Below, piece by piece: positions 1 to 8,362 of a DNA stretch of 25,963 bases (position 1 is its first letter; each line of letters starts with the position of its first letter). Made by a program: the position numbers and the translations under genes. The DNA comes from a virus. The stretch lies in UHGV virus genome UHGV-1408657; one strand, given 5' to 3'. Under the pieces are notes generated by a model that made no database searches, was not told the origin of the DNA, and was given only the letters and a program-made list of their open reading frames with translations.

Positions 1-33
1 CACAGCGCCATCCGAACTATCGGAGGTGAGGCT

Positions 34-312
34 ATGACCAGAATGAGCACCATTTACAGCAGACTTTCATATGGAACAGGAACCACGCTGACCGGCTGCG
101 GTGTATCAGCGAAGGCATATGCCGAAACAGCTAAAACAGCAAAAGAGGTGTCCTGGATGTTGGCCGACAGAATTGCAGGGTTAAGCCTGAGCGACTGGGC
201 AATTATTGTCGGTATCTCATGCACTGTTATCACCTGTGCAGTGAACTGGTACTACAGGAAAAAGGAAAGGGAGGACCGGCTTAATGGCAATGTCACCAAA
301 GCTGAAGAATAG
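34..312 (+). CDS. putative holin (first gene of lysis cassette)
   Basis: 92 aa; strong hydrophobic segment [25 protein letters not shown] followed by charged C-terminus RKKEREDR; RBS GGAGGTG upstream of ATG 34; 3' end overlaps the endolysin start. Called by position and topology only. Confidence 0.55.
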   Translation: MTRMSTIYSRLSYGTGTTLTGCGVSAKAYAETAKTAKEVSWMLADRIAGLSLSDWAIIVGISCTVITCAVNWYYRKKEREDRLNGNVTKAEE

Positions 313-856
313 CGTTATTGCAGCTATACCCGCTGGCGCTATTGCTATCGCAGCGGCGTTGATTATTGGTCCAACGGGTAATGATGGCCTTGAAGGAGTG
401 CGCTATCAGCCTTATCGGGATGTTGTTGGGGTGTGGACGGTATGCTACGGGCACACTGGCAGCGACGTCAAAATCGGGAAGACGTACACCGAGACAGAGT
501 GTGCCATTCTGCTCACAAAAGATCTGAATACCATCGCACGTCAGATTGACCCCTACATCAAGGTTCCGATCCCGGCAACAATGCGGGGTGCACTTTACTC
601 ATTCGCGTACAACGTCGGTGCTGGCAACTTCAAAACCTCCACGCTGCTACGCAAAATCAACCTGGGCGACACAAAAGGGGCTTGCGAACAATTACGGCGC
701 TGGACATATGCCGGTGGCAAACAGTGGAAGGGGTTAATCACCCGGCGTGAGATTGAGCGTGAAGTTTGTCTGTGGGCTGAGAAATCACAAAATCTGAGTG
801 ATGGATATGAGCCGCTTAACCCAGGCATTCCAGTATCAGTTTCGGGGGTATTTTGA
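284..856 (+). CDS. SAR endolysin, T4-lysozyme-like (GH24) muramidase
   Basis: N-terminal weakly hydrophobic Gly/Ala-rich signal-anchor-release segment ([23 protein letters not shown]) followed by lysozyme catalytic region [24 protein letters not shown] (E...D...T spacing as in P1 Lyz / phage 21 R); strong RBS AAAGGAAAGGGAGG before ATG 284. Confidence 0.85.
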   Translation: MAMSPKLKNSVIAAIPAGAIAIAAALIIGPTGNDGLEGVRYQPYRDVVGVWTVCYGHTGSDVKIGKTYTETECAILLTKDLNTIARQIDPYIKVPIPATMRGALYSFAYNVGAGNFKTSTLLRKINLGDTKGACEQLRRWTYAGGKQWKGLITRREIEREVCLWAEKSQNLSDGYEPLNPGIPVSVSGVF

Positions 857-1389
857 TGAACCCGAAACACCAGATTGTTGTTGGGTTGCTGCTGGTGGCC
901 GTCGCATTCATCGCCGGCAGTGTATGGAGCAGTCGCGGGTGGGAAAAAAAGTGGGCGGAACGTGACAGCGTGGAATCATCGCAAACAGCGAACGCACAGA
1001 CCGCTGCCCGCATGATTGAACAAGGGCGCATTATTGCCCGTGATGAGGCTGTAAAAGATGCACAAGCGCAAGCCGCTAAATCTGCTGCCACTGCTGCTGG
1101 TCTGTCTGCCACTGTTAGCCAGCTGCGCACCGAAGCAACAAAACTCGCTACCCGCCTGGACGCCGCAAAGCACACCGCAGATCTTGCCGCTGCCGTCAGA
1201 AGCAAAACAACCGACGCCGACACCAGAATGCTCGCCGACATGCTCGGAGATATTGCAGCAGAAGCTAAACGTTATGCTGGAATCGCTGACGAACGCTACC
1301 GTGCCGGAATGACATGTGAACGCATTTACGATTCGGTGAGACAGTCGAATAACGGGAAGTGGCAAAAAGCGGGGACGAATCCCCGCTAG
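856..1389 (+). CDS. Rz: Rz-like inner-membrane spanin (i-spanin)
   Basis: ORF-track start 853 is TTG; ATG at 856 overlaps the endolysin stop (TGATG). N-terminal TM helix ([18 protein letters not shown]) then Ala/Gln-rich coiled-coil-like periplasmic domain; position right after the endolysin. Confidence 0.75.
   Translation: MNPKHQIVVGLLLVAVAFIAGSVWSSRGWEKKWAERDSVESSQTANAQTAARMIEQGRIIARDEAVKDAQAQAAKSAATAAGLSATVSQLRTEATKLATRLDAAKHTADLAAAVRSKTTDADTRMLADMLGDIAAEAKRYAGIADERYRAGMTCERIYDSVRQSNNGKWQKAGTNPR
1058..1312 (+). CDS. Rz1: Rz1-like outer-membrane lipoprotein spanin (o-spanin), embedded out of frame inside Rz
   Basis: ATG at 1058; signal peptide with lipobox-like LLASC; proline-rich mature part ([25 protein letters not shown]); wholly embedded in the +1 frame of Rz, the classic lambda Rz/Rz1 architecture. 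Confidence 0.7.
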   Translation: MHKRKPLNLLPLLLVCLPLLASCAPKQQNSLPAWTPQSTPQILPLPSEAKQPTPTPECSPTCSEILQQKLNVMLESLTNATVPE

Positions 1390-1392
1390 CTG

Positions 1393-1608
1393 TTAGCCAA
1401 CTTTGCGATAAGGGTAGCCAGCTTTTTTGATGTGGGCATCAAAATACTGACCTTTTGACGGTGCATTCATTAGCGCTGTGTGCACGGCAGAAGGAACCCG
1501 AGAGTATTGATAAATGCCACTGCTATGGAATGCAATTTCCAGCGTTGAAGTGGCCGGGTCATAACCTACTGATTGGAGATTTGAAGATGAAACAGGTTGA
1601 CGAATCAA
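1393..1608 (-). CDS. KTSC-domain protein (moron, opposite strand to late operon)
   Basis: 71 aa; matches the KTSC pattern as I recall it (SSNLQSVGYDPATSTLEIAFHSSGIYQYSRVPSAVHTALMNAPSKGQYFDAHIKKAGYPY). Start codon is TTG with GAGGAA 6 nt upstream on the minus strand. Confidence 0.7.
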   Translation of the reverse strand: MIRQPVSSSNLQSVGYDPATSTLEIAFHSSGIYQYSRVPSAVHTALMNAPSKGQYFDAHIKKAGYPYRKVG

Positions 1609-1757
1609 AGCAGTTTCCTCGTTTGAATGGGAAAAGTCCCGAGGAAATCGTAGAGCTATTCAAAGGGTATAACTTTGTCGACGATCATGGTCATCGACTG
1701 GATATGTGCCAGGACTTCATTGACTTAGTAGAGATGGCGACCGAAACAGATAAGTAG
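1587..1757 (+). CDS. hypothetical small acidic protein (56 aa)
   Basis: ATG 1587 preceded by GGAG (ttGGAGatttgaagATG); the ORF-track ORF 1455-1757 has a non-ATG start. Its first 22 nt overlap the 5' end of the minus-strand KTSC gene head-to-head, so only one of the two starts may be genuine. Confidence 0.35.
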   Translation: MKQVDESKQFPRLNGKSPEEIVELFKGYNFVDDHGHRLDMCQDFIDLVEMATETDK

Positions 1758-1794
1758 CCATTCCAAAGCTCATCTGCGGATGGGCTTGATAATT

Positions 1795-1830
1795 GTGACT
1801 CCCAAGTCAAACCCGTGATTGTGGTAAAAT
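1795..1830 (+). promoter_or_regulatory. candidate sigma70 promoter with extended -10 (TGgTAAAAT) upstream of the 79-aa ORF
   Basis: TG at 1822-1823, one nt, TAAAAT 1825-1830; poor -35 (gTGACt about 1795-1800); about 28 nt upstream of ATG 1859. Sequence reading only. Confidence 0.3.
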
Positions 1831-1858
1831 TTAAAAAATCATCAACACGGGGGTTACC

Positions 1859-2098
1859 ATGGAAAATTGTACGATTTCGTTACGTGTTACGCCTGGAATC
1901 AGAGTGAATGCTTTACGTATAAAAGAGGAAAACGGCGAAGTAAATTACTTCATTGGCAGGGGGCCTGTGTCAGAAATGATTTTCCCTAAAATTCCCTTAG
2001 GAGCACTCCTCGATGTTGATATCGACTCTAATGCAAACATTCGCCTTATGTATCTCGGCTATGAAAGTGAAGACTACATCTTAACGAATGACTTCTAG
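1859..2098 (+). CDS. hypothetical protein (79 aa), AT-rich moron
   Basis: ATG 1859 with G-rich stretch (ACGGGGG) upstream; AT-richer than the flanking phage core; followed by a hairpin terminator. No recognisable motif. Confidence 0.5.
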   Translation: MENCTISLRVTPGIRVNALRIKEENGEVNYFIGRGPVSEMIFPKIPLGALLDVDIDSNANIRLMYLGYESEDYILTNDF

Positions 2099-2144
2099 AA
2101 GACGCATACAAGACCGTCTAAAGGCTATTTTTCATTGCCATCGC

Positions 2145-2170
2145 AAAGGCCACCTTCGGGTGGCTTTGTT
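2145..2170. terminator. hairpin between convergent genes (possible bidirectional intrinsic terminator)
   Basis: AAAGGCCACC-TTCG-GGTGGCTTT followed by TTTGTTGTT on the + strand; lies between the 3' ends of the + ORF 1859-2098 and the - ORF 2212-2643. Confidence 0.5.
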
Positions 2171-2211
2171 GTTGCCATCACCATGGGCAGACCCATCGTG
2201 ATGGCTTTAAT

Positions 2212-2643
2212 TTATAGAAGTTGGGCTTTAACAGCGGCTTTGACCAACTCGTCCATGAAGTGATTTTCGAGGTTGTCAGCATAATCAATAGAGATTGATG
2301 GCGCCTCTGGCCTGCTTGGGATAGTCATCGTATTATCGCTATCGATGTGGAAAACAGCAAACTTGATAATATCGTCCTTCTGCTTGATGCAGAAGGCTAT
2401 TTCAGCTATCGGCTGATTTCCTATGAACTTAATCTTCGTCTTACTGAAGCAGTGGAAATCGCATTGCGGAATATTAATCTCAAGCTCATCATTCTCCATC
2501 ACAAAGGTGATCTCGCGATTAAGTGTTTTTGAACGACTCCAGTAATTGTACACGCGGTCAAATAGGCATTTTTTCTTAAAAAGTATGTCTTCTCCCTGCA
2601 ATCCCAGGGCTCGCGATAGTGTTGCAAATTTCAGTATTTCCAT
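2212..2643 (-). CDS. hypothetical protein (144 aa), minus-strand moron adjacent to terS
   Basis: ORF-track ORF 2212-2670; preferred start is the internal ATG (MEILKF...) at 2643 preceded by GGAGTGATT on the minus strand. No signal peptide, no motif I recognise; AT-rich; transcribed opposite to the late operon. Confidence 0.55.
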   Translation of the reverse strand: MEILKFATLSRALGLQGEDILFKKKCLFDRVYNYWSRSKTLNREITFVMENDELEINIPQCDFHCFSKTKIKFIGNQPIAEIAFCIKQKDDIIKFAVFHIDSDNTMTIPSRPEAPSISIDYADNLENHFMDELVKAAVKAQLL

Positions 2644-2663
2644 AATCACTCCATAGGTTTTAC

Positions 2664-3236
2664 ATGGCACTTACCGACAAACAGGATATGTTCTGTCGTG
2701 AGTACCTCATCGATTTAAACGCCACTCAGGCAGCGATTCGTGTGGGGTACAGCGCAAAAACTGCTAACCGTACCGCTACAAAATTGCTGTCAAAAGCTGT
2801 CATTCAAAACAGGATTGCTGAACTCAAAGCGAAGCGCAACGAGGATGTGGGCATTGATGCCGATTATGTGCTTCGGCGCTTGGTTGAAATCGACCAGATG
2901 GATGTTCTGGATATCCTCAATGATGACGGCAGCCTTAAGCCGATCACCTCATGGCCAAAGGCCTGGCGAATATCGCTAACCGGCCTGGACATCAGCACCA
3001 CGATTCAGAACTTCGACGAGGAGACGGCGGAAACCATCCTCAAAAAAGTTAAGTGGCCTGACAAAGTGAAGAACCTCGAGCTACTCGGCAAGCATGTATG
3101 CGTCCAGGCGTTCAAAGAGCAGGTTGAACAGAAAGTCGTAGCGACTCATAACGTCATGCTGGTGCCAACCAGCGACAACGTGGATAGCTGGGAAGCCGCA
3201 GCACAGAAACAGCAGAGCGAGGTTCTTGGTGGATGA
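2664..3236 (+). CDS. terminase small subunit
   Basis: N-terminus MALTDKQDMFCREYLIDLNATQAAIRVGYSAKTA is the characteristic helix-turn-helix start of the Terminase_2-type small subunits; immediately upstream of and overlapping the large subunit gene. Confidence 0.8.
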   Translation: MALTDKQDMFCREYLIDLNATQAAIRVGYSAKTANRTATKLLSKAVIQNRIAELKAKRNEDVGIDADYVLRRLVEIDQMDVLDILNDDGSLKPITSWPKAWRISLTGLDISTTIQNFDEETAETILKKVKWPDKVKNLELLGKHVCVQAFKEQVEQKVVATHNVMLVPTSDNVDSWEAAAQKQQSEVLGG

Positions 3237-4804
3237 ATTACAAAGCTGTCTGGAAACCTTTGCCGGGATCACAATCGCTCTCCCTTAGTTGCCCGTGTAA
3301 CGAAATCCTCTACGAGGGAACACGCGGGCCGGGTAAAACTGCCGCTCAGTTAGCGCGCTTCCGTCGTCTCGTTGGCCTGGGCTATGGCTCGTTCTGGCGC
3401 GGCGTCATTTTTGATACCGAGTATAAAAACCTCACCGACATCATCACCCAGTCAAAGCGTATGTACCGCCTGTTTAACGATGGGGCGCGCTATCTGGCGT
3501 CAGCATCTGAACTGCGCTGGGTATGGCCGACTGGCGAAGAGCTGCTCTTTCGATTCGGGAAAGAAGAGAGTGACTACTGGGACTACCACGGTCAGGAGTT
3601 CCCATTCATCGGATTCAACGAGCTGACCAAGCAGCAGTCTGCTGAGTTCTACGAAATGATGTTCTCCTGCCGACGCTCGTCGTTCCGGCCAGAGAATTAC
3701 CCGCTGGATGATGGCTCGCTGCTTAAGCCGATCCCGCTGGAGACGTTCAGCACCACCAACCCGTTTGGCATCGGCCATACTTGGGTGAAGAAACGCTTCA
3801 TTGAGCCAGCACCGCGCGGCACTATCATTCGCGAAACGCAGAAGGTGTTTAACCCGCAGACCGAACGCGAAGAGGATGTGACGCTGACGCGAGTGGCTAT
3901 TCACGGCTCGTTCAAAGAGAACCCGTATCTCGATCCCCAGTACATCGCAACGCTGATGGCCATCAAAGACCCTAATCGGCGCAAAGCGTGGGTAGAGGGC
4001 TCGTGGGATGTCACCAGCGGCGGACGCTTTGACCACCTGTGGAATGCCTCACTGCACGTTATTAAGCCGTTCCGCATCCCGGATAGCTGGACGGTCGACC
4101 GCTCCCATGACTGGGGTGAGTCGAAGCCGTTTTCTAATCTCTGGTGGGCGCGCGCCGACGGTACCGCCGCAGAGTTGCCCGACGGTCGCCAGTTCTGTCC
4201 GCCTGCCGGGTCGCTGATCCTGATTGGAGAATGGTACGGCTGCCCGCCTGATGAGCTCAACAAAGGCCTGAACATGTCATCCACTAACGTCGCCAGAGGC
4301 GTGGCGTGGGTGGATAAACGGCTGGTGGGCGAGGAACTGGCAGAACCCGAAGAGATAAAGCTCAACGGAATCACTCAGGGGCAACTGAACATCATGCCCG
4401 GCATCTGCAAGAAAATTGTTGCTGGCCCTGCTGACGGTGCGATCTATAACACCGGCGATGATGAGTTATCTATTGCGCAGAAGATGGAATCACAGGGCGT
4501 TAAATGGGTTCCATCCAACAAGAAACCGGGATCGCGTGTGAACGGCGCGGCCCTGTTTGCTGACATGCTAGAGGCCGTCATTGAGGGCAAGAAGCTGGAA
4601 TCTGGCACTCCTGAGAAGCCAGCATTCTACGTATTCGACTACTGCCGTGGATGGATAAGCCGCGTGCCGGTGCTCGTTCGCGACAGTAAGAACCCTGATG
4701 ACGTTGATACCCAGCAGGAAGACCACGACTGGGATGGTACGCGATATGCCGTCCTGCATTCACCGCCGAAGAAAGTCGGCAAAGTCACCAACCTGAGGCT
4801 CTAA
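3233..4804 (+). CDS. terminase large subunit
   Basis: 523 aa; Walker A-like GTRGPGKT near N-terminus; start ATG overlaps terS stop (ATGA); size and position typical. Confidence 0.9.
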   Translation: MNYKAVWKPLPGSQSLSLSCPCNEILYEGTRGPGKTAAQLARFRRLVGLGYGSFWRGVIFDTEYKNLTDIITQSKRMYRLFNDGARYLASASELRWVWPTGEELLFRFGKEESDYWDYHGQEFPFIGFNELTKQQSAEFYEMMFSCRRSSFRPENYPLDDGSLLKPIPLETFSTTNPFGIGHTWVKKRFIEPAPRGTIIRETQKVFNPQTEREEDVTLTRVAIHGSFKENPYLDPQYIATLMAIKDPNRRKAWVEGSWDVTSGGRFDHLWNASLHVIKPFRIPDSWTVDRSHDWGESKPFSNLWWARADGTAAELPDGRQFCPPAGSLILIGEWYGCPPDELNKGLNMSSTNVARGVAWVDKRLVGEELAEPEEIKLNGITQGQLNIMPGICKKIVAGPADGAIYNTGDDELSIAQKMESQGVKWVPSNKKPGSRVNGAALFADMLEAVIEGKKLESGTPEKPAFYVFDYCRGWISRVPVLVRDSKNPDDVDTQQEDHDWDGTRYAVLHSPPKKVGKVTNLRL

Positions 4805-4809
4805 CCCCC

Positions 4810-6213
4810 ATGCCTGATATTTCAACACCCAATCTGGACTATGGGAACATGGTTCAGGCGTGGGACATTAACGACGCCCTGATGGGCGGCACGCTGTACA
4901 TGCGCCAGCTTGGTGAGGCATACCTGCCGCGTTGGCCGAAGGAAGACAAAGAGGACTACAAAAAGCGCCTGGCGGTGGCTACGCTGCTGCCGGCGTACGA
5001 AGAGACGATTAACCAGAACGTTGGGCGCGTTTTTGCTGAGCCCATTCAGTTGGGCGAGAATGTGCCGGACCAGCTCCGTGAGTTTGCGAAGAATGTGGAT
5101 CTAGAAGGTAGTCGCCTTGATGTCTGGGCGCAGGCATTCTTCAGCCTGGCGATGCAGTATGGCCTGTCTCATGCGCTGGTGGACTATCCCCGGGTGGACG
5201 CCGAACAGGTTAAGACTAAGGCTGATGAAAAGGCCACTGGCGCACGGCCGTACGTCACCATGCTCAATCCCCGCCAGGTGATTGGCTGGAAGTCGAAGAT
5301 GGTCGGCGGCAAGGTCCAACTCACTGCGCTGCGCATCAAAGAGGTTGTGGTTGAAGATGGCGACGATTTCGGGCAAACCAAGGTTGAGCAGATTCGACTG
5401 CTGACGCCCGGGAAGGTGCAGATTTACCGCAAGGCCACTGGCGACAATGCCCAGGCGAACTGGACGCTGCACGAAGAGTGGGAAACCTCCCGCAGGGATA
5501 TCACTCTGGTCACGCTCTATACCAAGCGCACCGGGTTTATGTGCGGTTCTCCGCCGCTGCTCAACATGGCGTTGCTGAATGTGAAGCACTGGCAGAGTCA
5601 GAGCGAGCAGGACAACATCCTGCACGTAGCGCGCGTCCCACTGCTCACGGTATTCGGGCTGGAGGAGGGGCAGGAACTTGTAATTGGCTCATCCTCTGCG
5701 ACTCAGTTCTCCGATCGACAGAAACAGGGGCTTGAATATGTGGAACACACTGGAACGTCAATCAGTGCCGGTAAAGAGTCGCTAACCGACCTGGTGGAGC
5801 AGATGCGTCAGGCAGGCGCGAAGCTGCTGCGCACTGATAACACCTCAACCAAGTCCGTAGACCAGACCTCGGAAGAGAAAATGCAGGAACAGTCGCCGCT
5901 CTACACTATGGCAACCAGCCTGGAAGATGCGATCGACAACATCCTGCAAATTATGGCCGAGTACATCGGGGAATCTGAGGGTGGTAACGTCGATGTCCGC
6001 ACCGAGCTGGATGTCGAGTCGAAAGAGTTCAATCCTCCTGCTGCACTGGCCATTCAGTCGCTACGTCAGGGCGGTGACCTTCGCCGCATCGATGCGATTA
6101 AATCCCTGCAAAAACTCAACCTGATTGATGCCGATGCAGACCCGGAGAAGGTCCTGGACGAATTGCTGGCTGAATCATCGTCTCTGGATACCAGAACGTT
6201 AGACGAGGTATAG
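4810..6213 (+). CDS. portal protein
   Basis: 467 aa, immediately downstream of terL and upstream of the head-morphogenesis gene; called mainly by conserved gene order and size. Confidence 0.75.
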   Translation: MPDISTPNLDYGNMVQAWDINDALMGGTLYMRQLGEAYLPRWPKEDKEDYKKRLAVATLLPAYEETINQNVGRVFAEPIQLGENVPDQLREFAKNVDLEGSRLDVWAQAFFSLAMQYGLSHALVDYPRVDAEQVKTKADEKATGARPYVTMLNPRQVIGWKSKMVGGKVQLTALRIKEVVVEDGDDFGQTKVEQIRLLTPGKVQIYRKATGDNAQANWTLHEEWETSRRDITLVTLYTKRTGFMCGSPPLLNMALLNVKHWQSQSEQDNILHVARVPLLTVFGLEEGQELVIGSSSATQFSDRQKQGLEYVEHTGTSISAGKESLTDLVEQMRQAGAKLLRTDNTSTKSVDQTSEEKMQEQSPLYTMATSLEDAIDNILQIMAEYIGESEGGNVDVRTELDVESKEFNPPAALAIQSLRQGGDLRRIDAIKSLQKLNLIDADADPEKVLDELLAESSSLDTRTLDEV

Positions 6214-6214
6214 C

Positions 6215-7321
6215 ATGGTCCGCTCTGTCAATGACCGCCTGCAGGACGAGACCATAGCGCATGGCCTGTATGTGACCCGCTATGGTAATGGCGTCGCCCG
6301 GCGCATGGTGGCGCTGCTGAGTAAGATGGATAATGACCTGGCGGCCAGGCTGCTGGTGCTGCTGGATGGCAAGCGCGCAGACACCTACAGTGCCCGCCGC
6401 CTGGCTTCGCTGCTGGCTGGCGTACGCGACCTGAACCAACAGGCCTATGAGCCAGTTAACGATGCGCTGGCGCGGGAACTGAGGCGCTACGTTGAGTATG
6501 AGGCCGGGTATCAGTTGGACCTGTTCAGCAGCATCATTCCGAAGCAGATCCTCACTCACGTTCCGCTTCAGAGCATTGCCCCCGAGCAGGTATACGCAGC
6601 AGCAGTGGCACAGCCCTTCCAGGGGCGCCTGCTGAAGGAGTGGGGCCAGAAGCTTGAAGCCGATCGGCTGGACAAAATCACCAACGCTGTGCGCTCCGGT
6701 TTCCTCCAGGGTGAAACGGTAGAGCAGATTGTCCGGCGCGTCGCTGGCACGCCGAATCTCAACCGTGAAGATGGGGTGATTCACGCTTCCCGGCGCGACC
6801 TTGCTGTGGTGACCCGTACGGCAGTGAACCATATGGCCGCCACGGCGCGCCAGGAGTTCGCCCAGACCAACAGCGATATCGTGAAGGCCAAGCAGTGGTC
6901 CTCAACCCTGGATACGCATACCAGCCAGTGGTGCATCATCCGCGACCGCAAGCTCTACACGCTCGACGGCAAGCCGCTGGGGCATGTGGTCCCGTACCTG
7001 CGCGGTCCCGGCAAAATCCACTTTTGCTGCCGCTCCTGCGAAATCCTGATCACTAAATCGTGGGAGGAAATGCAAATAGCCTCAGGCGAACTGAGCAACG
7101 CCACGCGCGCCTCAATGGACGGACAGGTGCCAGCGCATACCAGCTATGCCGAATGGCTCGTCAGGCAGCCGTACGCACGGCAGGAACAGGTGCTGGGCGT
7201 TACTCGCGTGCGGATGCTACGCGACGGCAAAATCACGGTGCCGGAGATGTTTAACGATGCCGGGGAATTTCTCACTCTGGATGAACTGCGCCGCGTGGAT
7301 GCGTCGGCGTTTGAGGGTTAG
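6215..7321 (+). CDS. head morphogenesis protein (SPP1 gp7 / Mu F-like minor capsid protein)
   Basis: 368 aa following the portal gene; position and size consistent with the F-like head morphogenesis family; ATG 6215 two nt after the portal stop. Confidence 0.65.
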   Translation: MVRSVNDRLQDETIAHGLYVTRYGNGVARRMVALLSKMDNDLAARLLVLLDGKRADTYSARRLASLLAGVRDLNQQAYEPVNDALARELRRYVEYEAGYQLDLFSSIIPKQILTHVPLQSIAPEQVYAAAVAQPFQGRLLKEWGQKLEADRLDKITNAVRSGFLQGETVEQIVRRVAGTPNLNREDGVIHASRRDLAVVTRTAVNHMAATARQEFAQTNSDIVKAKQWSSTLDTHTSQWCIIRDRKLYTLDGKPLGHVVPYLRGPGKIHFCCRSCEILITKSWEEMQIASGELSNATRASMDGQVPAHTSYAEWLVRQPYARQEQVLGVTRVRMLRDGKITVPEMFNDAGEFLTLDELRRVDASAFEG

Positions 7322-7323
7322 CC

Positions 7324-7467
7324 ATGCAAAATGAGAAAGGCAAAACTATCACCCTGACAGAGGCTGAGCGCAAATTCATCATGATTGCGATGATTGCCTA
7401 TACCTTATCTGGTGAGGCGTCAGAAGAAGACGCAAAAATCGCAGAGCAAATAATCAATAAGCTCTGA
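7324..7467 (+). CDS. small hypothetical protein (47 aa) with one hydrophobic segment, not in ORF track
   Basis: ATG 7324 three nt after the upstream stop with GAGGG 11 nt upstream; translation MQNEKGKTITLTEAERKFIMIAMIAYTLSGEASEEDAKIAEQIINKL; followed by a hairpin plus T-run. Confidence 0.3.
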   Translation: MQNEKGKTITLTEAERKFIMIAMIAYTLSGEASEEDAKIAEQIINKL

Positions 7468-7487
7468 GCATTACAAAATTCAACTCA

Positions 7488-7512
7488 AGGCTGCCTTCGG
7501 GGGGCCTTTTTT
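7488..7512 (+). terminator. intrinsic terminator-like hairpin plus T6
   Basis: AGGCTGCC-TTCG-GGGGGCCT (one mismatch) followed by TTTTTT. Confidence 0.45.
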
Positions 7513-7593
7513 ATGCCTGCCGCTAAGCGGATGCGACGCGGTGCCCGGGTCGGATGACCCATTACGTATGGCCGGAAGGCTGGAGCAAAAACA

Positions 7594-8346
7594 ATGAAAC
7601 TGAAACTTGATGCTAACGGAAATGTGGTCGTTGAAAACGGTATGCCTGTGTACATCCATGATGACGGCAAAGAAATCCCGTTCGATGCGGTCGCAGCGAT
7701 GACCAAAATCACCTCTCTGAATGGCGAGGCGAAAACTCACCGTGAAGCGAAGGAAGCGGCGGAAGCCAATCTCGCGAAATTCTCTGGCATCACCGACCCG
7801 GCCAAGGCGCTCGAAGCTCTGGAAATGATGACCAAAATCGACCAGAAAAAACTGATCGATGCTGGTGCTGTTGACCAGGTAAAGGCGGAGATCACCAAAG
7901 TTTTCCAACAGCAGCTGGACGAAGCGAACGGCAAGACCCAGCAGCTGGAAACTCAACTCTACGACGAGATGATCGGCGGCCGCTTTGGTGGCTCTAAGTT
8001 CATTTCCGAGAAGATGGCGATCCCGACTGAGTTCGTTCGTTCCTACTTCGGTCAGAACTTCAAAATCGAAGAAGGGAAGGTTGTGGCCTACGACGGCCAG
8101 GGCAATAAGGTGTTCTCACGCACCAAGCCCGGCGAGTTAGCCAGCTTTGATGAGGCCCTGGAGTCTCTGGTCGAGTCGCATCCGCAGAAAGATTACATCC
8201 TCAAAGCGTCCGGTAACAGCGGCGGCGGTTCTCACCAGTCGCAGCACCAGGCCGGGCAAAAAACCATGAAACGCGCTGCTTTTGACGCCTTACCGCCAGT
8301 TGAACAACAAACGGTAATTGGCGGCGGCACGAGCATCGTTGATTAA
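7594..8346 (+). CDS. head scaffolding protein
   Basis: 250 aa, acidic, helical/coiled-coil-looking with Ala/Glu/Lys-rich segments; directly upstream of the major capsid gene; RBS GGAG 9 nt before ATG. Confidence 0.65.
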   Translation: MKLKLDANGNVVVENGMPVYIHDDGKEIPFDAVAAMTKITSLNGEAKTHREAKEAAEANLAKFSGITDPAKALEALEMMTKIDQKKLIDAGAVDQVKAEITKVFQQQLDEANGKTQQLETQLYDEMIGGRFGGSKFISEKMAIPTEFVRSYFGQNFKIEEGKVVAYDGQGNKVFSRTKPGELASFDEALESLVESHPQKDYILKASGNSGGGSHQSQHQAGQKTMKRAAFDALPPVEQQTVIGGGTSIVD

Positions 8347-8362
8347 TTGAAAGGAAACCTGA

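Noticed and set aside
2644-2700. cos or pac packaging site upstream of or within terS
   Set aside because: No recognisable cos-like structure or repeated terminase-binding motifs seen by eye; the terS upstream region is occupied by the divergent 144-aa gene start. Cannot be called from sequence alone.
3500-4374. Minus-strand ORFs 3500-4036 and 3901-4374 inside terL
   Set aside because: Fully antisense to the large terminase gene, which has a Walker A motif and conserved position; typical antisense shadow ORFs in GC-rich coding DNA.
5101-6832. Minus-strand ORFs 5101-5625 and 6116-6832 inside the portal and head-morphogenesis genes
   Set aside because: Antisense to well-supported structural genes; Arg/Leu/Gln-rich translations typical of reverse frames of GC-rich genes.
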